A model generated the notes under the pieces. That model saw nothing but the letters and a program-made list of their open reading frames with translations, was not told the origin of the DNA and did no database searches. DNA of 64,000 nt from Lama glama (taxonomy: Eukaryota): NCBI GenBank assembly GCA_028534125.1, contig CM052850.1, forward strand, positions 25,792,001 through 25,856,000, in the 5' to 3' direction. The position numbers were made by a program, and so were the translations under genes. Shown here one piece after another: positions 38,301 through 48,600 of the stretch (position 1 is the stretch's first letter; each line of letters opens with the position of its first letter).

Positions 38301-41300
38301 ACACAGCCGGCACTCGGTGATGCTGCTCCCACAGCGGGCCCCCGGCTCAGCAGTGCCCCACGCGTTGATGGCTCCCTGCCTGGCTGCTGCCTGGGGGCTT
38401 ACTAATCCCCTCGTCTTGAGGAAATGAAATCATAATCTCTTTTAATTGAGAAAGGAGGCTGATAGGATTGTGAACCTGCTGGAGAGTAATTAGCTCAGCT
38501 AAGGAAGCTCATTAATCTTGTCACTCCAAAGATAGCTCATTAAACCCCGCCGTCCCCTCGTCCCCACCGTGTGCAGGAGGGAGCCCCAGGTGACCTCCGC
38601 GCTGGTCCCCAGCTCTCACATGAGGCCTCACTCGGGGTAACTGGCCGTTTCTGAACACCATCTAGGGGTCCCGGGGTACACGGTGGGAATCCCCTGCCAT
38701 GTCCCAGTTCATTTACCTCTCGCAGCCTCAGCTTCCTCTCCTGTAAAATGGTGCGCCCCCAGGCTGGCCGGCCTGTGAGGAGACCGGCTGAGGGCGCCTC
38801 ATCCTGAGACCTGAAGTACCCGCAACGAGCCCAGCTGCAGGGAGGCCCCATGCCTTCCGGGGTCACCACCCAGCCCTGCGGTGTCCCTGCCGCTCCCCCG
38901 CCACACCTGGGTCCCAGCTCCCTGCAGACCAGTGCTTCTCTCCACGACACACGGTGGCACACGTCAGAGGGCACTGGCCAGGCCAAGACCCTGCCTCTAG
39001 CTCCCAGCCGCCTCCTGTTGCCGGGCGGCCAGCGGGGCCGCTGGGGTGCACCCGGCTGTGAGCCCCGGGCAGAGGCCAGCCAGCCCCCGGCTCCTCCCGC
39101 GTCTGCCCTGCCCCGGGACCGCTCTGCACCCCAGCCCGCCGGGCCCTGCAAAGCATCGGGTGGACCCTCCGGACCCTGCTGGAAATTCCAGGGCTCCCAC
39201 CACGCTCAGACTTAAAGCCCTGGCTCTGCCTCGTGTCCAGAGCGACACCTCGTGTGGCGCTGGCCATGTCGTGGGGCTTATTCTGGGGGGACTCGGGCAG
39301 GGCGTGTACGGAGACGCCGGCCTTCCGGAGAGCTGACGGTGCGGGCAGGGGGGCCAAGAATGAAGTCAGGGGTGGCTTCACACCCACCCTCCTGCGTCCT
39401 GGTCTCTGAGCGGCCGGTGCCAGAGCCCTTGGCAGCTCCCGTGGGCAGTGGGTCCTGCCTTTAAGCACGAATCCCTGCCGCCGCTGCAGCTGCCTCCCTG
39501 TCAGTTCCGAAGTCATCCTTCTCCCCCCACGCACTTCGCTTATCTCCCTCCTGTTAAAGGATCTCAAATATGCACCCCGGTAAGGTGGAGCCCACACCCA
39601 CTCCCGGCCCCTTGCAATGCCAGCTGCCACTTTCTCCCGAAGTAATTAAGATAAATGCAGCTGATAATCTGCCCGGTTTCCTTAAACAGGCCCTCGGGCC
39701 ATACCTCAGATATAATTTTACCTGCAAAGCTTTATCTGAGCGCTGGGGTAACAGATAGTTTTTAAGCAAAGCGGCAGCTTTTGAAGCAAAAGGAAAGGGG
39801 AATGTTTGTCAAATAAATGTCAGAATGAGCGCCACCGCGGCCCCTCAGCGCTCGCTCCCCAGGACTTGGGGCCTGTCGGCCAGCCAGCTGGGAAAGGGGC
39901 TGAGATGGGCGTGGGGGCACCAAGAGAGCAGCACGCACGGGGCAAGGCTGTGATGTGGCCGTGAGGGTCTCGTGCCCGCCACCCTCAGCCAGACCCCACT
40001 GGCTCCCTTTGCCCCGTTCATGCCCGGCAGCTGCACACTCCATCCTGGGCCTGCCCGGCCCCTTGGAGCCTGTTGCCCATCTGTAAGGGGGTGAGTGCTA
40101 ACCTTGCAGGGAGGCTGTGAGGTCAAGGCTGTGTCCACACACCGTCCTCTGTCATCGTCCCCTAAAGCTGAGGGCTCCACGGGGCAGGCTGGACAGTGAG
40201 GGACAGAGAAGGGCCGCCTGGGTCCAACCTGACCCACACCTTCCTTCCACACCTGTCCTGCCACCCAGTACCGCGCCACCGCCCGGCCAGAGAAGTGCGC
40301 ACCTGGGCACCAGCAGGCCGAGTCCAGGGTGGAGCGGGCAGGGCTGGAGGGGGCTGCGAGGCCCTCGCTCCACCAGCCCATGACAGCCAGGACAGGGGGA
40401 CCGGGCAGGTGCCGCCTCCCCTGCGAGGCTTGTGCCCTCGCTCTCTGGCAGGGCAGGAGACAGGAGGCCAGGGCCCCTGACGGTGAGGATGGTGTGGCCT
40501 GGCCTGACTGGAGAAGCATTGTAAGGAGAGGTAAACCCGCCCATGTCTGGGTAGGTCTGTGACAGGGAGGCTCAGGAGGCCCGAAGCGAGAGCGCGTGGG
40601 TGCGGGCCAGGGGCCTCCAGCGGAGGTGTGACTGTGTCATGGAAGGTGGGAGCCCGGGCAGGTCTGAGGGTCTCTCAGGTCCAGCCCCTCATGTACAGCT
40701 GGGGAGTCTGAGGCTGGGAGGCCCAGAGTCACACGTGGAGGTCAGGGCACTGGACAGGACCATCTGTGTGCGGAGCTGCCTGGCCGCCAGGATGTGGGAC
40801 AGCCCTGCCCCTGAGAACTCTCGAGGTCATCATCCCAGCTTCACAGGTGGTCACACACATGCCTGGGAGGGCTTCTCAGAGGAGGGGGCTGGAGAGGAGC
40901 CTGGAAGAGCAGTGGCCACACTCAGAGCTCACAGCTGCGGGGCTCAGCGAGCGCTGGGCCGTGTGAATGGTCTGCTGGCCGTCTAACCTCCCTGCCACAA
41001 GCCTTGGAGATCAGAGCTTCGCTCACCCGAGGAAGTGCCAGAGTGAAGGTTCCAGCCCAGACCCAGCTGGCCCCGCCCTGCAGGGACTCCCTGGAAGTGG
41101 GTGGGGATCAGGAAGGTGGGAGGCAGGGGAGAGGCATCCTGCGGAGGGGACCTCTCAGGCCAAGGCCCTAGGAGGGGCTCAGGAGGAAAGGCCGGAGTGG
41201 GGCCGTAGAGGGAGTGGAGAGCCCAGCGGAGAAAGAACAGAGAGGCCTTGGCTGAAACAGGGAGGTTAGAAGGGGAGGGGAGGGGGTGGGGAGCGAGGCC

Positions 41301-41894
41301 AGGCTCTGTGAGGGGGTGGGGTTGCAGGGGGGCGGAGGCCCAGGCCTGCAGAGGGACTGCTCCCCGCCGGGAGCTGCTGCCCACAGCCCGCACCGGAGCC
41401 AGCCGGTGCGGTGTGGGCTTGGGCTCCCCGGCGGCCGGGCCCAGGTAGTGTTTCTGAGGGACAAGGAGACGCCCGCGGGCCCGGGGTTCCCGGGGGCCAG
41501 CTGGGATCTGAAGTATTGATCTCCCCACTTCAAAGGAGCCCCAGGCCTGCTGAAACCCACACCGTGAGCACCACGGGGCTTTGCCAAGAGCCTGGGCGGG
41601 GACAGGAACCTGAGACTCGGCACACGCTGCCCACACTTGCCCCACTGTCTGAGCCCCTGGACGGGCAGCCGGCATGGAGCGCCCCGGGGTGCCACAGGCA
41701 GAGCGTCAGGCCCACCGTCCCAGGGCCAAGGAGCGAGGGTGATGGGGACTGAGCTCTGCCCACAGGGCAGCACGTGGAGGCAGGGCCACCCCAGGGATGG
41801 GGCAGGCGCTGAGGTGAGACCGAGAGGCAAAGCCGCTCTCTGTCCTGCACGGGGCCAGCGTGGTCCCCAGAGGCCTGCTTCCCATCCCTTCCTG

Positions 41895-41960
41895 CTTCGC
41901 TATGTGCTGTGTAACTTGGACACATCACACAACCTCTCTGAGCCTCAGTTTCCTCACCCA
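41895..41960 (+). mobile_element. MIR SINE core
   Basis: ctgtgtaacttggacacatcacacaacctctctgagcctcagtttcctca. Confidence 0.7.
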
Positions 41961-42329
41961 CTGTTTCTGTTGACTTTTTGCGGCCAAGGCTGTGAATCAG
42001 TCACTCACCAGTCTGTGCCCAGTGCCTGGCCCAGCATCTGGCAGAAAGGTAAAGACCCCTGAATGAATGAATGAGAGAATGCATGAATGCATGAATAAGA
42101 AGGAGCCAAGGGGGCTCTCCATCCTGCAGGCCCTCTCCAGGCCGCGGCCTGCCCGCGCCGGGTAAGGGCACCTTCCTGCCCTGTGATGCCAAGACTCACT
42201 TGAAGCCTTGGAGTCTCCTCATCACTAGGAGGAACTCAAGGTCCCCAAGAGTTGTACCGACGGTTCCCCAACACCAGGCGACAGCCAGCAGCCTGGAACT
42301 ACAAACCACTACCAGCTACACTTTCCGCT

Positions 42330-42465
42330 GCTCCGGAATTTGGGCGCACACTGTTCCTTAGGAGAGAGTCACCAAGTCCAGTCCCTGTTCATAAGGAGGG
42401 TGCTGGGCCCCACCTTTTGGAGGAAGGAGGAACAAAGAATTTGTGGCCAAATTTTAAAACCACAA
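42330..42465 (-). mobile_element. MLT1-family LTR end fragment
   Basis: gtcaccaagtccag...aaagaatttgtggccaaattttaaaaccaca resembles an MLT1F/G terminus. Confidence 0.55.
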
Positions 42466-43231
42466 CAGGTTACTTTGACAATCTCTCTCCAAACCACGAA
42501 TGCACTTGCTCTTTGGCCCTGCCGTGTCTTCTTTGAGTTTACCTGGCTGATCTCACTTCACACATATCTGTTGCTCTGCAATTTTAAAGGCCTGAAAAGG
42601 ATGCTCCATCCAGAGGGATCTGAATACATGCGTAGCCGTCCATCCGTTCTGCAGAATGTTCCACAGTGCATGTGGGTGGAGAGACGGACGGGCAGACCTC
42701 AGACCCTCTTTATGGGGTGCACACTTTGGAGGGAATTGCCTCCAAAATAATCTCTTAATGCAAAAAGTAAGCCACAGTGTGTGTCGTAGACTTTTGTTGA
42801 AGAAGAGCTGGAAATGGGACTACTTACTCACATTTGCTGGTATTTGCATCAGGAAACTCTGGAAGGACACACAAGACACTGCCCCAAGCATGGACAGCAG
42901 GACAGGGGAGGGGGATCCACGGCCAGGTGGGGCTGAGACCTCTCACCGCAGACCTTCGGACCCTGGGACCGTGCGATCTAGGCACACATAACATCACGGA
43001 AAGAAGTGTGAATCTCCATTCAGCCCGTGCCAAAGGTGGCCAGCTGACCCGAGCCCTGCAGGGCCTCCCAAGCTCACCCAGCTCCCCTCACCTGTGGTGG
43101 CTTCTTGGGGCTTGTGGCTCTGTGTAGCTGGGGACCTCCACCGGGAGCCACTCCCTCGCCAGCTCCCACGGGCTCTTGGCCGCCAGCAAAGCATCAGACC
43201 CACGCTGACTTGCTTTCCGTTTTCCTTGCAG

Positions 43232-43292
43232 CCACGGAGTCCCCATTCCCGAGGAAGCTGCGCAGCGACCCAGCTGAGGGCCGACTCCCCAG
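43232..43292 (+). other. ZNF469: Putative ZNF469 exon 2 (61-nt 5'UTR exon)
   Basis: Branch-point-like CTGAC (~43205), pyrimidine tract ttgctttccgttttccttgcAG (AG at 43230-43231), donor CAG|GTATGT at 43293. Size and position fit the small non-coding exon recalled for the human gene. Confidence 0.7.
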
Positions 43293-45585
43293 GTATGTGG
43301 AGGGGCAGCTGGCATGGGGTCTGGCAGGCTGCGCTGGCAGGAGGTGCCTTGTCCCCAGCCTCCCTACCCACCCTGTCAGCCCTACCCCATTTCCTTCTGT
43401 CTCTTAGGCAGTAATCCGGGCTGTCAGCTACCTCCCCGAAAGATGCGCCCAGAGCCAGCCATCAGGGCCGGCACGCGGCTCCGAACCACAGCCCTGGGCC
43501 AGGCTTGTCACCTGACGTTGTCCAGGCCACTCAGGCCAGAACCCTCCTCTCCAGGGGCGGCCGGCAGCACAGCTGTTTCAAACCAGCACAGTCACCTCTT
43601 AGTCCCGCTTCAGAGCCCACCCGGCCTTCTCCGCAAGCCCCTCCCTGTGACCTCACTACGTCTGCTTGGCGCCAGCAAGAAGATGGGGTTCAGAGGGGTG
43701 ACTGGGCTGAGCAGTTGCAGTGTGAATGCGGAAAGTGCACGGGCTCCCGCTACGCTGTTGGCCACGTGTCTAGCAAGAGGCTGTTCACTACTTCACCCTC
43801 TGCCCTAAGTTCCAGGATTAGTCCCAGGACACAGATGGAGAAACCGAGGCTGAGTGAGGCCAGGGGCATCTCTGGGGATGTAGCCAGCACGGCACAGGGG
43901 ATCAGGACCAGGGCCATCCACCTCCCCCACCCGCCCACCCCTATCAGGGGCGCGGCTCAGAGCCTGGACCTGAGGGGCCTTCATGTGTCTGACAGCTCCT
44001 CCTGCCTGACCTGCCATCCCTGTAAAGCTCAGAAAGCTGCAGGGAGGCCAGGCCCCGGGCCCCTCCCCCTCCCCTCAGCAGTGTCCGTCCGGGACAGCAT
44101 GCTCGGGTGGTGAGGGAGGTCCCTGGAGGTCAGGAGGCCCTTGCACAACTGCCCACCTGACTTCTGGGCTCCTCTGCCCAGGAAGTTAAGGAGGGGAGGC
44201 CCCACCGGCAAGAGGCCCTCCTCACTCCTAGGGAGCGGAGGACACCAGCCCCAGGTGGGCTCAGAGCCCCTCCCAGCCTGATGCACGCTGGATCTCCACC
44301 CTGCAGCAGAGTGATGAGCTCTGCTGTGGGGTGTCCCGGGAGTCGGCCAGCAAGGGGGCCACTCCAGGAGGTCGGAATGCACCGGGGGCAGGCCGCCCTT
44401 GCCCAGGCTGCTGGCTGCTGCTCACCTGGGGACATGCTGCTGTTACCACTGTCATGTATTCATTCAACAGACTTCACCCACAAGCCTGCCCAAGGGCCCT
44501 CAGCCCACAGATAGAAAGGGGAACTGAGGACTGGCCCCAGGCAACTACTCGGGGGGAGGGGGCCCCCCAGGCTGATGGGGTGGGGAAGGGTCCGGGGGGC
44601 AGAGAAGGGGGCAGCAGTGGGGTGGCCTGGCGCCCCCTGCTGGCTGACACTGGAACCATGCCCACCCTGGCCACCGCTTTGGAGCTGGGGACCTTGGCAG
44701 ATGGCTGAGCTCCCTGGACCGTCTCGGAATAACCAGGAAAATACACGATGCTAACAGCTAGCCCCAGGACTGCTCTGAGGACGAGAATAGCTGTGCCTGA
44801 GACCCCCAGAGCTGCTGCCGGTTAGGAGTGGGGTCGTGGATGCAGGAGAAGGGAGGGGCGAGGGCTCCCCTCACCCAGCGTCTCCCCCAGGCTGCAGAAG
44901 CTCAGCATGTTCTGGGTGGGGGGCTTTTCTGCAGAGGACTGTGGGGCTTGTGCTCTGGGCTAGGGTCACAGGCACAGGCCAGAGTCGTGTGACCTGCAGC
45001 AGGAGCCGGGCTCCGAGGCCCAGGAAAGGAGCCGGCACATTCCAGAGGCCCGGGGTCTGCAGAGAAGGGGCCTAAAGCCATCCTGTGCAATCCCAGGTGC
45101 AGGGGGTGGGGCAGGTGAAGGACCAGGTGGCAGCCTCGACCGGCCTCAGGTGTGCAGTCTCACCCCCTTGTTCCCTCCCACTGGGCACCCCCTCCCCCCT
45201 TCCTGGGCTCTCCACCCTGGCCGTCAGGGGCCCGTCACTCCTCACAGTGGGGCTACTGTGGGTCTGGAGCCACCTGCCACAAGGGACCTTCCTGCTCAGG
45301 AAGCCTAGCAGGGCTGCTGGGGTGGCCAGGGTCTTCTCAGACCCCAGGCCCCAAGCAGCATCCTCTCTTTTCCTCCTCCTCCCCCCCACCAACCCCCTTC
45401 ACGGTCTGGCAGGAACTTTTTTCCCCTCTCATCTCTCGAGGTGCCGTCAGAGCCAAGCCCTCTCCCCTGAAGGTGGGGGTCACGCGCCCGCGGCTCCCAC
45501 TCCCAGCCCGCCACGCCCACGGGAGCCTCGGAGCCCCACAGCCCCCACTCACTGCATCCTTCCCTTGCAGGCTCCAGCGAGGACC

Positions 45586-45678
45586 ATGAGAGCAGGCTCC
45601 GCCCAGGCCCCCCGAGGCGGGAGGATGGCCGCCCAGTCCACTTCCCACGGCCCGCATCGGACCACAGCATCCTCCTAG
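45586..45678 (+). promoter_or_regulatory. Upstream ORF (30 aa, MRAGSAQAPRGGRMAAQSTSHGPHRTTASS)
   Basis: ATG at 45586 (ACCATGA) and in-frame ATG at 45625 (AGGATGG); TAG at 45676-45678, 19 nt before the main ATG. Confidence 0.6.
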
Positions 45679-45697
45679 CGCCCAGGACGGGGGGGCC

Positions 45698-48600
45698 ATG
45701 CCTGGGGAGCAGCCCCTCAGAGTGCCACCTCCCACCATGACTGGAGACATGCAGCCCTGCCGAGCGGCCAGTGGCACGGGGGGCCCTGCCCAACGCCCCG
45801 GCGAGGTCGGCGCCCCAGCCGGCGGGACCACCAAAGCCATGGGCAGCGGGGCCCAGGCTACGCAGCCCACCGAGATCCAGGTGCGGCAGGCTGGGAAGGT
45901 GGGGCCCAAGGCACCGCTCCCCGGAGCCCAGTCCCTGAGCACCCCCAGGAAGGGCAGCAGCCCCCAGGCCCCAGCCGGGAAGAACCTCGTGCAGGCTCGT
46001 GTGCGGCGGGCAGGCCAGGTGGACAGCGGCCCCCAGCAGCTCTGCAGCCTGAGCATCACCAGCTCAAGGCCCAAGACCGCCCTGGCCGAGAAGACCCCTG
46101 AGCACCCCCAACGAGAGGCCCCCCGGCCCCCAGAGGCTGGAACCGGGGCCCTTCTCAGGCAGGGCCACCCCAGGGCTGAGGCCTCACCAGCCCCAGAGGA
46201 GCTCAGCTTCCGAAAGTGCTTCCAGGAGACCCCCTCCAGCTTTACCTCCACCAACTGTACCTCACCGAGCGCCAACCCCGGGCCCCCGCCCCTCAGGGCC
46301 CCCCAGAGCAGCGGCGCCAGCCCCTGCCGGGCTGCCCCCTATGTGGAATTCCAGGCCAGCGGGGCCGATGCCTGGCCTCCCCCAGCTGAGAACAGCTTCC
46401 CAGGTGCTAGTTTCGGGGTCCCCCAAGCTGAGCCGGAGCCCTTTCCCAAAGGCGGCAGCCCCAGGGTGGTTTCCTTCCAGCACCCCTTCCCAGAGCTGCA
46501 TGGGGCTGGCCCGAAACCCTTCCCCGAGGACGCCGCTGGGCCCGAGTACTCGGAGAGGGCACTGGTGTTTGCCTTCCACCAGCCTCGGGGAGCATGGCCG
46601 GAGGAGCCAGTGGGCACGGGCCCGGCCTACCCGCTGCCTGCCCAGCCGGCTCCCCCACCCCCACCCTGCTACCCAGGCAGGCCCGGTGGCCTTGACCCCC
46701 ACAGCGACCTCAGCAGTGCGCTCCCTCCACCTGGTGCTGCTCACCTGGCCCCCAGCCCCTTCTCAGAGAATGCAGCCACTTGCCGGGACGGTTTGCACGA
46801 GAGCATGACCAAAGTGCTCCCTGAGAGACCGCCTTCGGCCCACGATGGGCCGGGGAGCCCCAGGGAGCCCCCGAACTCTCTGCCCCAGAGGCCCTTTCCC
46901 AGACAGGTGTATGGAAGCCCAGGAGCCAGCGGGGTGGGCTCCAGCCCACGGTCTCTGGACACGGATCTGGCCATCCCGGGGCCTCCTACTGCCATACTGC
47001 CCCAGCTGTGGGACCCCGCCTCAGCCACTTACTCCACACCTCCCCTGGGGCCCCCGGCCACCGCCAGGAGTGTGTTCTTCGAAGCCCAGCCCAGCCCAGG
47101 CCAGCGGCTCAGCCTCCCCCACAGCCCCCCACTGCCCTGGCCCCAGGTACTCCCGGCCACCGGGCCTAGCCCCCATCGAATGGAGTTGTTGAACCGGCTG
47201 CCCTTCCCCCTGGGCACCCCTGAGTGGCAGGGGGGCAGCCAGGGAGTCCTGGGTGCTGCTGGCAAGACACCTGGGCCGGGGGAAAAGCTGGTGGTCCTGA
47301 GAACCAGCCCAGGCCAGCAAGGCAGCAGCTCCCCTGGGCTGTACACCTACAACGGCCTGAAGGACCCTGGAGCCCAGCCCCTGTTCTTTGGGGTGGCCCA
47401 GCCCCAGGTCTCACCCCGGGGCACCCCCAGCCTTCCCCCACCCAGAGTGGTGGGAGCCTCCCCCAGCGAGTCCCCACTGCCCTCACCAGCCACCCACACG
47501 GCCAGCAGCAGCACGTGCTCATCCCTGTCCCCACTGTCCAGCAGCCCAGCCAACACCAGCTCGGAGGAGAGCCAGCTCCCCGGCCCGCTCACACCCTCGG
47601 CCTTCTTTCACCCGCCTCCTCACCCCCAGGAGACTGGCAGCCCCTTCCCGTCCCCTGAGCCCTCCCACGCCCTCCCCATCCACTACCAGCCAGAGCCAGT
47701 CAAGGCCTTCCCTTTCCCCACAGAGGGGCTGGGGGCCGAAGGTGCCTTCAGATGCCTGGAGGAGACCCCGTTCCCCAGCGCAGTCCTCGAGGTGGGCAGC
47801 AGGGGGCTGGAGAGCTTCCCCCAGGAGCCACCCCCCTACCCTGCCCACCACTTCCCCCTCAGCAGTGCCAGCCTGGACCAGCTAGACGTGCTGCTCACCT
47901 GCAGACAGTGTGACCGGAACTACAGCAGCCTGGCCGCCTTCCTGGGGCACCGCCAGTTCTGCGGCCTGCTGCTGGCCAGGGCCAAGGACGGCCACCAGCA
48001 GCCCCCAGCCGTCCCCTCTGCACAGGCTTCCCCCACAGCACCAGCCAGCAGGAACCCGAGCCCGCTCAGCCACACCAGGACAGCCCCCTTCCTGCTGGGC
48101 GGAGACGTCCGGCCAGATGGCAAAGACGACCCCCTGAGGACAAGTTTCCTGCCCAGCCTGGTCGCCGCCCCCTTCCCGCTCCCTGCCGCGGACCTGGACC
48201 TGGAGGACGAGGCCAAGCTGGACAGCCTCATCACAGAGGCGCTCAATGGCCTGGGGTACCAGTCGGACAACCCTGAGATCGACAGCAGTTTCATTGACGT
48301 CTTCACTGATGAGGAGCCTTCCGGCCCCCGGGGCCCCACCACTGGGCAGCCCCCCAAGACCAGGGTGGGCGCCATGCCAGAGAGCCAAGCCAAGCCCTCG
48401 CTCCAAGCTGTGGACACCCCCCTGGAGCCCCAGCATCTGCACCCTGGGGATGAGGACTACCCGGCCGGCAGGCCCAAAACCCACTCCCTGGGCCCAGCAC
48501 CCACAGAGGCAGATGGGGCCAGCCTGGTCAGCCAGCAGAGGAGAGGAAAGCGGTTTAAGTTGTTCCAGAAAGAGCTGGACACCGCCGACACCTCCAGGAG

